From: Antedon mediterranea
Taxonomy: Eukaryota; Animalia; Echinodermata
DNA: 64,000 bases
Assembly (NCBI RefSeq): GCF_964355755.1
Contig: NC_092679.1
Span: forward strand, 7,470,201 to 7,534,200
Direction: 5' to 3'
Numbering within the stretch: position 1 is the stretch's first letter; the number at the start of each line of letters is the position of its first letter. Positions 13,601 to 26,548 of this stretch are shown here, one piece after another. The translations under genes were made by a program, and so were the position numbers. Under the pieces are notes generated by a model. It ran no database searches and had not been told where the DNA came from. It saw nothing but the letters and a program-made list of their open reading frames with translations.

Positions 13601-16600
13601 AACTATACAAAGAATGTATCATTTTATGTAGACCAGAGATTTATAAAATAACATAAATATAGGTCGTACTAAAGTTAATTAACTTTACAAAGAAATTGTC
13701 ACATTATTCCAACTTTTCTATTAAATTTAATTGTGAATTGCCCATAGTTACAGAAACAACAACATTATAATCATGTGACCTACTATTTGTCGACCTAGAT
13801 TTTGTTAAAAGAAGGAGGTTGGCAGCTTAGATACATGAAGAAAACTAGGACGAAGAAAAAAACAGCAAATGAAAAAAAAGATGAACAGAGAAAAACAAAA
13901 GGCTACTGAATTACTTAACTAAGATTTTAAATTCTAAGAATGGGTCAAAAAATAAAACTTGAAATACTGTACAGTACAAAATATGCATCATTCATCATAG
14001 AGTAGATTGATGGAACACAACAATACTATTTTCATTTTTCTTAGAAAGTCTTAAAATATTTCTTCTCTTTTTCTTTAGTCTTGTTAATAAGATAAAGTAC
14101 ACAGTAAGTGTTTAAAAGCTTATTGTGTGACTGTTTTAAAATATGGCATACAAACTGAAGCAGTAATAATATTTTTATGATAGACCTTGGCCCAAATACA
14201 GCAAGGCAATAAATATAATTTCATTTTAAACATACAGTAATAACAAAAAAAATACAACATTTTTGCAGGGCAAATTGCTCAACAATTCATAACATCTGTT
14301 GTTTCACTTCATCAAACTAAAACTGAAAATGTATAATTATTTTATGTTCTATTTCATTATGAGTTTATCATTAAAGATGCATTGCTTTCGAAAACCTAGA
14401 TAAATGTTCAATTTAATATTAGACTTGAATTGATCCTAAACCTGGCTTTGAAATATTAAATTAATAAGTAAATAAAAGAATTCTTAGAATTTTATACTAA
14501 TATTAAAAATTAATATTGTACATTTTAATACAATACACAGAAAGTTCTAGCCAAAGTGATCAGGACACTCTCGACATACAGAAGGCCTCAGGTTCAATTC
14601 CCAATAAGAACAACTTTAAATTAATAATTTTTTTCTTGTATGCTGTATTTTTCACACAACATTTATTTTGTTTCATTTTAAGTTATTAATTGGACACACC
14701 TTTATCATCAAAGTGTGCCACTGTTGTAAAAGTGAAGTTTCCAATAAATTATTATATATTAAAACTTCCAGTCAACTCAGCTGTAAATGCTGAGGCTTAG
14801 TACAATGAGCTCCTAACACTACAGCTGATTTCTCTACTGTACGTTCTGAAAGAACACACAGGACTCGTTACAGAAGGTAAAAACCTGTCGTAATTGGCAT
14901 AACACAGTCTTACAAGCTGAATCTTATCATGGAGAAATAAGTTAACTAACTTATTTCTCCATGATTTATACCAAGGTGCAATGCTGTTAACACCATTGAC
15001 ATTAAACTAATTGAATATTTAGAACCCTGGACAAGAATAACAAGTCAATTTTCTTATTACTGTATTAGATTATGATCATCAACAGTATACTGCATCTAAT
15101 CAACATCTCCTGCTAAAATGTCTTCTCAAATATTTTTGTTCTGTTTACTGAATTTTTAAAATAAAATACTGTAATTGACGGGGGTGTTCAACGAATTATA
15201 TATTTAGTGTCGTAACGCGCTCTTCTCTGAATAGAAGAAGAGTAATCCAGCTAAGCTACACACGATACAGACAACTTCCTTCGAAATATTGAAATGTAGA
15301 TTACAAAAATTGTGACAGGCTTTGGAGATATTTGCCATGTCCCTTATGAACCTACTAGCTCTACTAGTGTAATTAAATGCCCAATTTGTCTTTGTTGCAA
15401 AATTAACGGTAGCACTCAAAAACTGTGATGCGGTTAGCAACAAAAAATCATAACATAAACAGTTTAGTCAACGTTTGTAGAAAGTATAAATTAAAAGTTA
15501 AAAAATTAGAACAAATATTATCAAACATAAAAACTACTCCACCATTTTCACAAAGCAACGACATTTGAAGAGAGTAAGTAAAAGAAAATAGTGACTTGTT
15601 TGTTTGACTTGATTGCTTTGATCATTTGTCCCAAGCAGTTCTTGAGTAACGTTTACAATTATCAAAAATGACAGTAATGTGTTCATGATTAAATTCTTAG
15701 TAGCATTTTCTAAATAAAGAACATTTTTCTCCAAACCAGTCACAAACTAATTTAAATTTTCAGACATTTCATACCTTCATCACCTGCCCATAGGCTTAAT
15801 CTCTGCACTACAAATAATATTTTTTCAAAACATCAGTTCACTCAATATTAGGCAATATTTATTTTACCTGCAGCCAAATCCTAGATGGATAACCCTTATA
15901 AAGTCTCTGAATAAATAAATATCACCCTTTTGACTTCCTCGCATTTTGTTTATTTTTTTGATAGAGAAATTTTCAACTTAAGTCACAAATTTCATGATTT
16001 ATTGTTGAACTTTGATAAGCCTAATATCAATATATCAATCAAGATTATTTTGCATGTTTACTAAGTACTGTATAATCTTTTAATTTTAATTCTAAAATTT
16101 TTTAAACCAGCTGTTTATTGTAAAGCTGTCAAAATTACCCAAGATTGTTCAGATTCTATATTTCTTATTAATGAGATTTAGGTTCTCTTTTATTATCTTA
16201 ATGAATAAACAATAAAAAGGACAAAGGATATATAGAAATTGTTGAAAGCAAGGTTGTTAATGTTAACCAAAGGAGGTCTAATCAAGAAAGGAAAAAAGAT
16301 ATCAGTTTGAGTTAGCAACATGTACCTCTTTAAAACAAGTAATCTTTGTTTTATTTAATTCTCGTTGCATTGATTTATAATTGAATATGAGACAATTGTA
16401 AGATAACAAGATCTAATTTACAAAGAATAGTTAAACAAACAGGACTACTGACAATGACATCGTTTAATTGACCATTTACCATTATCTACAACCATGATCT
16501 AAGATCTGTACTACAAACATTTCTTTATTTAGTTAAGAGTACAGTTTCGTTTACGAACAATAAATAGCAACGCCAATTAAATTCCTTAAACAAACTATTT

Positions 16601-19600
16601 AACATTGTGACCTTAATACTATGTTGTTCACAATATTCGGTTCCCAGTGCGTACTACCATGGAGTCATTGATTTGCTAGATAAACTTATCCGAGTGTGAG
16701 AGAAGTGACATGCGCCATTGGCTATTGATTGGGCTCCTCCACCCAAATACGATGATGATTCGTCCCGAGGCATAAACTTAACAAGAATCGTGGCGTTCAA
16801 TGCTCTAGAAGGTCGGGCCGCTGGAATTGGTATGGCCTAATTGGTGGGAACTCAAGTTCTGGGCATGCACAGTGCGCTAAAAATACCACTACCTCTGCAG
16901 TGAAAATTGACTAAGAGGACTTTTCCCAGGTGTTCTAATGCAAACTTTACATCGGTAACATTACATACCATAAGAAACGTTACCGAAATAGATCCTATAG
17001 AATTCGTCATACAAGGTCACATGATCAATTAACATAGGTTTTTGAACTTAATATTGTATGATAAAAATGTAAAATATTTTAAAACTATTATTCAATGTTT
17101 TATTTTAAAGCAAGCTAAGTTGTACGATTATTGATTATATCTTTGTAGAAATAAATCAGAAATGGTTGAGGTGCTCCACTTTAGCAAAATGGTCAGTGGA
17201 TGTATCAAACCCTGATGTTTGAATTTCAAGCACAAGATTCTTTTTCTCATTCACTGTGGATATATATTAATTTTATTTTTTAAATTTTATTAATTTTTAT
17301 AAGAAACTTTTGTCGGATTCCAGATATTCTAGACAATAACATTTCTTTGACTTAGCAGAATATTCTGGGTATGTTTGGCCAGTTTTAACTTATTTTCAGA
17401 TTTTCATTTTTCAGTTATATTTCTCAAGGGAGTGAAGCTATTGTGTGTTTCCAGATTGTATTATTGCTGTGAGTTTTTTTTTCTTTAAACCAACGAGTAA
17501 AAAACCAAAATTAAGGCAAATATGCTTTCAATTAATAGCAAAAATCTGTACAAAATGTTTCTTGCTGAATCATACTGTTTGCAGCATCCTTTTTAAAGTC
17601 CAATCTTTTCAAACTACCGGTCCCATTATGGTAAAGTTTACAAAAAGGCCTATAGCAAGTCATAATGAATTTCAATAGGATTTTAAGTAAACAACTTGAA
17701 CATTAACATTGAATGCTCTAGGCTGGTATTACATTGAACCACAGGAGTCTTTAACACACTGAAAACTACTTGCACTTAACATCAGTACACTACTTAATAA
17801 TTGATAAAAAAAAGTTTTATTTTTTTATTATCATCCTTGAAAAATTAAACAATTAATCTAGATTATTATTGAAAGCAGTTGACTGTCACTTTTTAACATT
17901 CAAAATAATTGATTGGAATAGAATATGATTTTACACATTTTAACTTTACAAAAGCTAGGCTACTTTTGTAGTACTGTAGTTTTTAGACCATTCGTAAAGC
18001 ATCTGGCTTGGTGGAAAAAGCCCAAATTTGTAATTCTATCAGGGCCTTCGTTTATGGCGGGATTCTTCTGAAACTACAATATATTGAAAAGAACAAAAAG
18101 TATGAAGCGTTATCTTAGAAAAGTAATCAGGAAAGCTTTGAAATCAATGTTTCAAACCAATTTTATTTATTTCATCTTATTAAAGATTTTTATTTTTTTC
18201 TGTTTTTTGAACACTGCTATCAAACAAAATCTTTACTACTACTAGCATAATTGATTTTTCGAACAAAAGGTTCTTTGTTTAACAATCAATTCACAATGAA
18301 AAAGCTGTTGGTTAACAGAAACACACCTTTGATACTGTACACAGTAGAACATTTCATAATTTCACATGAAAAATGTTGACGTTTTCTGAGTAAAGGCCAG
18401 GCCCATAGAAGAAGGTGCAACCGTAACAAGGATAAGCCCTTAGCTATTACCCTAAGTGGTTTCATTTTAATTATTTCAGAATATCGTCATTATTATTCAC
18501 GGACACATGCAGCTTAAGAGGCACGTTCAAGGGATAGTAACGAACACTATCTTGTTAAATTTCACAACTTCTCATCTCAACGGGTGATTAATTAACAACT
18601 GCGCAACACACCTCCAGAAATTATCTCGTTACCAAATAGCTGAGAGCATAAACAAGGGGTCATCTTCTAACTGACCACAATCAATGGGATCATGGCTACT
18701 GCCTAGAAAGTAAGGTTTTGTAAGTTCAGTATTTTCTTGCACCAACGATGTTTATTTATGAAACAAGAGAAGAAAATTACAATAAGTATGTGTTCACAAC
18801 AACTAAGTCTCTTTTCATCAACATATTCACAGTAGATTCTGTTTGTTTTATTGTTTATTTTATCCCATTTCTAGAACCATTATCACCTATGGGTTGGATT
18901 GTCATTGTCAAGTAACTTTCCCTATATTATCTACAGTAATAATAATTATATGAAAAAATGGTAAAACTTTGCATCAAATTAACGTTACTAAATACTAAAT
19001 ATTTCAATAAGGCAGTGTACATTAAAGAGAAAAGGATACAATTTCGTGAAAAGAACAAGGGCTTGAATCCCTAAGGTGTTTTCATACAGTATATTATATT
19101 TTTTTCAATAAATAAAAAGGGCAAAATCTCAATGTTAATATGAAAGAGTTCAATTCAATGAAACTGATTACACTAAAAATAACAACATCTTAGAATACAT
19201 CATAATGAACGAAATCAATCAAACCAAACTGACAGATTATTCCAGAATCTTGGCTATTAATCCCCTTGAAAATGTTATTAACAGTCTACAAATCATCTTT
19301 CTCTTTAAAATTACCCCACGGTAGGAAAACAAAACTGTTTAAAATGATACCAAGGTAGGAGAAACAAAAGAATTAAAAAATGACTGGAGGAAAACGAAAA
19401 ATTGATGAAATTGTTTCTGACCTTTGCGGCCCCTGTATGTATCTGAATAACACCTATAAAACTTGACATGGATAAACAAGGTAAAACGAGAAGAAAATCA
19501 GTTTTTTTCTAGGCTAGAGGGGAAACCCTTAGCAAGGTTGTAACAGGTCATAAGACCAATTATACTTGGATTGATAAAGATCCAAGTATAATTGATGAAA

Positions 19601-22600
19601 CCTAAAAACTGTGCCAACAACTAGTTGTAATATTTAGGATGGGTAACTAAAACAGGGTTCACAATTTATTAGGTAATAAAATATATTGAAAAAAAACAAA
19701 CTTCAAACTCAACTGTATATATAATAGGTAAATTTAAATATTACACCATCTAGTTGAGGCAACTATTGATGTAATAATCACAGTATGACATTGTAAATCA
19801 CATTGGTTGGTATTTTTAAGAAGGTTTGGTTTATTAAATTAAACTTAGAAAAGATTCGTATATGAATTAGAACAATAAAAGTTGGGGTGAGATTCAAATT
19901 ATTGAAGAAAGGAGAGTTCAAGAAGAGTTAAAGGTGTGAAGATAAAAAAAAGATAGGAACAAATTGTGACGCAAAGTAAGATTTTGTCTCAGAGTTGCAT
20001 CTGTTGCAGTATTTTCTGGATGATCAGGTAAGCTAACAGTAGGCCTAGTTACACAGTACATCTATGTTTAGATTAATAACCCAGGTTTTATTTCCTCTCA
20101 GTGGATAATATTGAAATCCAATACAGTAAATAAAAGTCTAATGTAAAAACACACATCATTGAAATGTAAATCAAATTAAATTTATTGAATGCAAGATCTG
20201 TTTTCTACATTTTTATGTTGGCCTATTTTGAGCCAGCTGTTTTATAAATATTACGATTACAATCAATTTATAGAGGGCGATAGAGCTACAATATTCAACG
20301 CAATCCGAATATAAAGTAACAAATTACATTATTAATCATAGAGAAGACCTGGATTTAGATGAAGATTAAAATATAAATGCAGAAGCAGGTATTCGTAAGT
20401 TAGACTGTATGCTGCAGTGGTTACTTAAGCATGGTTCCTACTAGAACGTAACGCAAGGACGTAAACGCAACGCTAGCGTTTTAACCAATGACAAGCGAAG
20501 TTATAGACAGTTAGCAATCACAAGCGAATGAGCCATCGCTTGTGATTGGTCAATTCACTTGCGTTGCATTACATCCTTGTGTTGCGTCGCTAGTGGGAAC
20601 CACGCTTTACAGTGTACCTTCATGGTAGGAAGAGTACTTTTATCAAGACTTGAGAAGTTATATATAGGTTACAAAAACCACCACGGTGCAGGGAAGGTTC
20701 CCGCCGAAGACATTGATATGACAAAGTTATCAAGAATTTTAAAAAATTTTTAAATAATATTTTTTATATGTACAATTTTTGTAGCAGCAGTAAGTTTTGC
20801 TAAACTGGCAAAATTATTCCCTTTTATCTCTCTGGGGCCAGTATCGCTTCTAAAGTTCTGTATTTCTAGTATTTTAAAGGTACATACCAAGTCTATTGTG
20901 ATTGATTGTCAAAGATTTTAGCTGTAAAAAGCTACCAATAGAGGGTGGAATCAAAGTCAACTTGTTTTTAGATATGTCCAAAGTTCTTAAGTTTTTTGTC
21001 AGCTTCAGAAGTTGAGGTGGAAACTGAAAATAGACAAGGAAATTGATTTAGGTTTAAAGCACAAGCTAGTTATCAATTTACATTACATTATTATAATTTA
21101 CTATGACTATTAATTATCATCAAATGTTCTATTATCATTATTACACAGTATAATCTGGCATGGGCAATTGATTACGCTTAAATACAAAGTCTACAGACTT
21201 ACACAATCTTTTTAAGTCAACATGTACCTTAAGCATGTCTACTAATCTTTAGTCTGCGTACTCAATATTAATTAGGTTAATGTTGGTGTTAGGCAATTAT
21301 TTCAGCCATCAGCCCTGCAGCTGAAATGTCAACAGCCACGAAATGCAACAAAACAAATTTCTAAATTATAAATGAATGAATGATTCTTTTTTTTTAAATA
21401 TGAATTTGTATGTATTTTGTGATTTAGATTAAGAGAGCCCTAGCGAAAGGTTAATCATTGATTTAGGTTACCTTGCTTTTTAAAAAAGATGAGTACATTT
21501 TTAATAACACTTTAAACAAATTATGTAGACAAATAATAATAAATTGTAAAACATAAATTTGGAGATATTCATTATAATAAAGTAAATAAATATTATATTA
21601 AATGATTAAGTAATAATTTAGGCACTTATTATAAAAAATAATAAATATTATAAAAACAAATGGAATTTCAATATTATATTGGTATGGTTTACTTTACTGG
21701 TGTTGAATTTCCTAGCCAGGGTTTTACCTTGCCAAAGTATGGCAAGCCTGAGAATACAGGCGCCAAAAGAGTGATCTTCTGACATAGACAAGCAGGGTAT
21801 TGCTTATTCAACTGGGTCTAGGAATTTTTACACCACCTGCCCAAAATGAGAACACCAGCACTATAGAGTTGCCACAGTATCAGCAGCAAAAGGCTGACTA
21901 CTGCGCATAGGGACACATGGTGGTCTCTGTTTGTTTAGGTAGGTGGTCTCACCCTTTCTGTATATGCAATGCAAATAAAGAATATTGTATTTTCATCAGT
22001 CGGAGCGAATACAGTAATCTTCTTTTTATGTAGATCACAAAACACAATTTCAATCAATAAGTACAACATTTATTTTCTTTTTAATTTCTGTTTTCTCTCT
22101 TTGAGTGAAATATCCAATAAACAAAATGTATTGATTGCCTAGATAATCCATTGCCGGCCGTGTATTGTTTGAGAGTGAATCCTGGTACGTACTGTATCCA
22201 GGATTTGAACCTGTTATTTTAAAGTGTTATGGGGTTGGTATAAAGCTAACCTATCTGAACAAAAAAGGAATACAAATGTGTTAATCCCATTGCATGTTAG
22301 TGGAAAGGATAATCCATGGCAAATCAGGTTAAATTACTTGGTTTGTAATGTGACAACAGTAAACAACAGTTAATCTCTTTGTATTAGCCACAAATTATAC
22401 TCAGCGTAAAGCAAACATTACAAAACTGCTGATACTTATAGGAGTTTTCTGTCACCACATACTGTGTTGTGGTAAATATAATGTTACATACCAGTGTAAT
22501 TGAACAATTGGTAGGATCTACCAACCAAGGCTTGAGTCAGGCCCCTCGAGCATTTTTTAAACTAACATGCATGATGATGAGAGAAACATGAATTTTACAA

Positions 22601-25600
22601 ACACTGACAATGTTAATTACAATCGTGTTACTGTACTTTAGTCTTTGGGTATTAAATAACACACTTATGTTTAATCATGTTTTTATTTACGAGCTGTTTA
22701 ATCATTCCTCCATGATTTAATATACCAAACTTTATATTTATTTAGGTACAGTATAATAATAGTAGTACTTCAATCTCTTTTGGCATTATAGAGGGCGCTA
22801 GATAGATTTTAAGAAAGATCTCTATAATAAATGAATTTTTAAAACAAATTATCAAAAAAAGCTTTTCCATTATTGGGAATGAACATAAGCCATTTAATTT
22901 ATTTTTTTCATGACACTCTACTAAATAAACATACTTTTTCTTACGCAAAACAAAATAAAAGAAATTATAAAATTCTTCTAAAACAATATACAGTAGCATA
23001 GCATAAAACTAACTCGAAATAACGAGACAAGCCATGGTTGAACGTTTCAATCTTTATTTGATCATTCTGCATTACAGTATTTGTAGTTAGTTTATGCTAT
23101 GCTACTGTATATAGTCATTCTACATTACAGTATTTGGAGTTAGTTTATGCTATGCTACTGTATATAGTCATTCTACATTACAGTATTTGGAGTTAGTTTA
23201 TGCTATGCTACTGTATATAGTCATTCTACATTACAGTATTTGGAGTTAGTTTATGCTATGCTACTGTATATAGTCATTCTACATTACAGTATTTGGAGTT
23301 AGTTTATGCTATGCTACTGTATATAGTCATTCTACATTACAGTATTTGGAGTTAGTTTATGCTATGCTACTACTACTGTATATAGTCATTCTACATTACA
23401 GTATTTGGAGTTAGTTTATGCTATGCTACTGTATATAGTCATTCTGCATTACAGTATTTGGAGTTAGTTTATGCTATGCTACTGTATATAGTCATTCTAC
23501 ATTACAGTATTTGGAGTTAGTTTATGCTATGCTACTGTATATAGTCATTCTACATTACAGTATTTGGAGTTAGTTTATGCTATGCTACTGTATATAGTCA
23601 TTCTACATTACAGTATTTGGAGTTAGTTTATGCTATGCTACTGTATATAGTCATTCTGCATTACAGTATTTGGAGTTAGTTTATGCTATGCTACTGTATA
23701 TAGTCATTCTACATTACAGTATTTGGAGTTAGTTTATGCTATGCTACTGTATATAGTCATTCTACATTACAGTATTTGGAATTAGTTTATGCTATGCTAC
23801 TATAGTCATTCTACATTACAGTATTTGGAGTTAGTTTATGCTATGCTACTGTATATAGTCATTCTACATTACAGTATTTGGAGTTAGTTTATGCTATGCT
23901 ACTATAGTCATTCTACATTACAGTATTTGGAGTTAGTTTATGCTATGCTACTGTATATAGTCATTCTACATTACAGTATTTGGAGTTAGTTTATGCTATG
24001 CTACTATAGTCATTCTACATTACAGTATTTGGAATTAGTTTATGCTATGCTACTGTATATAGTCATTCTACATTACAGTATTTGGAATTAGTTTATGCTA
24101 TGCTACTGTATATAGTCATTCTACATTACAGTATTTGGAATTAGTTTATGCTATGCTACTGTATATAGTCATTCTACATTACAGTATTTGGAGTTAGTTT
24201 ATGCTATGCTACTATAGTCATTCTACATTACAGTATTTGGAGTTAGTTTATGCTATGCTACTGTATATAGTCATTCTACATTACAGTATTTGGAGTTAGT
24301 TTATGCTATGCTACTGTATATAGTCATTCTACATTACAGTATTTGGAATTAGTTTATGCTATGCTACTGTATATAGTCATTCTGCATTACAGTATTTGGA
24401 GTTAGTTTATGCTATGCTACTGTATATAGTCATTCTACATTACAGTATTTGGAATTAGTTTATGCTATGCTACTGTATATAGTCATTCTGCATTACAGTA
24501 TTTGGAGTTAGTTTATGCTATGCTACTGTATATAGTCATTCTGCATTACAGTATTTGGAGTTAGTTTATGCTATGCTACTGTATATAGTCATTCTACATT
24601 ACAGTATTTGGAATTAGTTTATGCTATGCTACTACTACTGTATATAGTCATTCTGCATTACAGTATTTGGAATTAGTTTATGCTATGCTACTGTATATAG
24701 TCATTCTACATTACAGTATTTGGAATTAGTTTATGCTATGCTACTGTATAGTCATTCTGCATTACAGTATTTGGAGTTAGTTTATGCTATGCTACTGTAT
24801 ATAGTCATTCTGCATTACAGTATTTGGAATTAGTTTATGCTATGCTACTGTATATAGTCATTCTACATTACAGTATTTGGAATTAGTTTATGCTATGCTA
24901 CTGTATATAGTCATTCTGCATTACAGTATTTGGAGTTAGTTTATGCTATGCTACTGTATATAGTCATTCTACATTACAGTATTTGGAGTTAGTTTATGCT
25001 ATGCTACTGTATATAGTTCTAGAAGAATATGTTATTTAAACATAATCAGTGCATCTATTGGTTTTATATACAGTTCAGTTACGGATAACCATTTATGCTG
25101 TTTTTAAAGAAAAAATTATTTTTATCAAACAAAGAATGAATGAATGGTTCCCTATTCTACGATGCAAACCTTTAATACGATTTATTTTGTTTTCTGTAGA
25201 AAAAACACAAATTTATCGACTTACTGTATCATCAATAATTATCGTGCTAGTGTAAATGGACCACCTTACTTGCCATTTTAACCATGTTTTTGTTACAGTT
25301 TGATTCAACAGACTCTTTTTCTGTGTTGACCTATAAATTATTATTTTCTATGAAAAGCTAATTACAGAAGCCTAGGTGTAAACTTGACCTTCAGATTACA
25401 GACAAATTGGGATATCCATGCTCAACTAAGATAAATTTTTAAATTTCATTTTTGCCATTTGGGTACAGAACAGATGTCAGCCATGTTCTGATTGGCTAGT
25501 TTAACAATCTTTCACAAGCACCTTTAATACTATTACTAATCACATAAGGTTAATGTCAATAGTGTAGCCCACATTAGTGCTGTTGGTGTGCAATCCATGA

Positions 25601-26548
25601 TTGTGTTATTATTGCACGATACAATATTTTATTTCTGTGCTTATTTTTTCTTTTTTAATCGTTTATTATTTTGTGTGCATGTTGAGATATATTTTGAATG
25701 ATACAAAGAAGTATAAATAAATTCCTCCGGCAGCTGACGTAGGCCTAGAGAGGGTTTCTATAAGCGGTCTATAGATGGTCTTAGCGCTTAGCCGGCTATA
25801 ATTTGTGACGTAGCAAGTAGTCTTTATTATAGACATGTATGTACTGTTATGATTGTAAATTGAGCAAGCGTGATGAACATTACCTTGGTATTCTACTCGG
25901 AAAGTCAGCCCTTAATTTAATGTACGCGGTCTTTACTAAGACTGTTTTATAGCAATGGTCTAACTTTCTGATAAAGCCGGCTTTAATCGGGGAGTTAAGA
26001 CCATCAGTTAAGACGGTTTTATACTAGCAAAACGCGCCTGGTCTCTACTTCCTGCTAGCAATTTAAAGATAAAAACACAATTAATATTTTAATTTATTTA
26101 TAAATTAGGCCTAGGCCTATAATATTATTATATAAAAATAAATAGGCCTAGGCCTATGTATTCCTTAAATTTATATGCTAGGCCTAACCTAGCTAGTATA
26201 TGCCCTAATCCATGTAGGGCCTAGCTCCTTATGTTAGCTCTTAGAAAAAGCTCTTGAAAAGTAGGCGCCGGCAGCCGAATATTAATAATAACTTAGACAT
26301 AGCTAGGTATATTGTCTAGTAGTACTACTAGGCTAGGCCTACTACTTAGAAGCCGTAAATCGGCGTGATCTGGACGACGACGGTGGTAATGGGTGGGTTT
26401 GATGGTAGCCTACGATTTACATGCGATATATTCAATGTTGTGAGCTTCAACATCAAATTTTCCTCACCTGCGAGATTCCCATGTCATTGAGCTGGCAAAC
26501 ACCAGACTTTTCAGCTCTTTCGAGATGAGGATTTATCGAATTTCCCAT
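1641..26548 (-). CDS. LRRC57: Leucine-rich repeat-containing protein 57, 5 coding exons: 26548-26468, 21023-20888, 12823-12555, 3211-3026, 1682-1641 (714 nt, 237 aa)
   Basis: Spliced translation MGNSINPHLERAEKSGVCQLNDMGISQ|FPPQLLKLTKNLRTLDISKNKL...|GTIPNEIEDLKKLETLSL...EELNLNQNQ|ISSLSDSLAECPRLKVLRVEENCL...GYDK|YMERYTAAKKKMY* follows my recollection of LRRC57 end to end. All introns are GT-AG with matching phases. The MGNS start fits N-myristoylation. Confidence 0.95.
3026..3211 (-). CDS. LRRC57: LRRC57 coding exon 4
   Basis: Overlaps ORF 3014..3202; CPRLKVLRVEENCL...VDGNLFE...GYDK; catttag acceptor, AAG|GTAATC donor. Confidence 0.95.
6140..6176 (-). ncRNA. Minimal type I hammerhead ribozyme motif of the kind found in Penelope-like elements
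   Basis: Minus strand GCA-CTGATGA-AG-GGCTA(GTGT)TGGCC-GAAA-GC-TC-TGC: core motifs, 5-bp stem II, palindromic AGCT stem III, short stem I; lies between two (TA)n tracts. Confidence 0.65.
6302..6373 (-). pseudogene. tRNA-like cloverleaf, anticodon ATC (Asp-like), probably a tRNA-derived repeat, copy 1
   Basis: GCCCCAG TG GTCT AATGGTTA GGAC A TCTGC ATATCAA GCAGG CGGT CCGAG TTCGAGT CTTGG TTGGGGC G, then ACTTTTT terminator. Confidence 0.7.
6666..6737 (-). pseudogene. tRNA-like cloverleaf, anticodon ATC, copy 2
   Basis: As copy 1 with perfect D and T stems and one acceptor-stem mismatch; T-run follows. Confidence 0.7.
6906..7108. repeat. ~55-bp minisatellite, about 3.7 copies
   Basis: aacaaaaagcaac(g/t)tatttccactgtggtccctaaatgaaacaccttaaataatt repeated. 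Confidence 0.9.
7216..7516. mobile_element. Palindromic non-autonomous element fragment (long hairpin 7216-7377 centred on gaggcaaagccgag)
   Basis: Arms of about 73 bp are near reverse complements; flank tattatatacatctattgatacatagta occurs on both sides; related fragment at ~12365-12395. Confidence 0.7.
9940..10115. repeat. ~70-bp tandem repeat, about 2.5 copies
   Basis: ttggtcttatagctgtg...ccagattcaatt.aagttccatcttaaaagtcactt recurs. Confidence 0.8.
12555..12823 (-). CDS. LRRC57: LRRC57 coding exon 3
   Basis: Part of ORF 12420..12959; four LRRs; tttacag acceptor and CAG|GTAAAT donor. Confidence 0.95.
13205..13692. repeat. Degenerate ~80-bp tandem repeat
   Basis: agaatgtat...tagaccagagatttataaa...ataggtc(a/g)tact recurs about 6 times. 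Confidence 0.7.
20428..20606. mobile_element. PIF/Harbinger-type (Tourist-like) MITE
   Basis: TIR agcatggttcctactag / ctagtgggaaccacgct, TTA on both sides, largely palindromic interior. Confidence 0.8.
20888..21023 (-). CDS. LRRC57: LRRC57 coding exon 2
   Basis: ttttcag|FPPQLLKLTKNLRTLDISKNKLTLIPPSIGSFLQLKSLTINHNRL G|gtatgt; LRR consensus. Confidence 0.93.
23062..25016. repeat. 53-bp minisatellite, about 37 copies, in LRRC57 intron 1
   Basis: tagtcattct(a/g)cattacagtatttgga(g/a)ttagtttatgctatgctactgtata with short indel variants; no unique spacers. Confidence 0.97.
26468..26548 (-). CDS. LRRC57: LRRC57 coding exon 1
   Basis: ATG at 26548, MGNSINPHLERAEKSGVCQLNDMGISQ, donor CAG|GTGAGG. Confidence 0.93.

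Noticed and set aside
23062-25016. CRISPR-like appearance of the regular array (also 33428-34234)
   Set aside because: Units are contiguous with no unique spacers, there are no cas genes, and the context is eukaryotic introns
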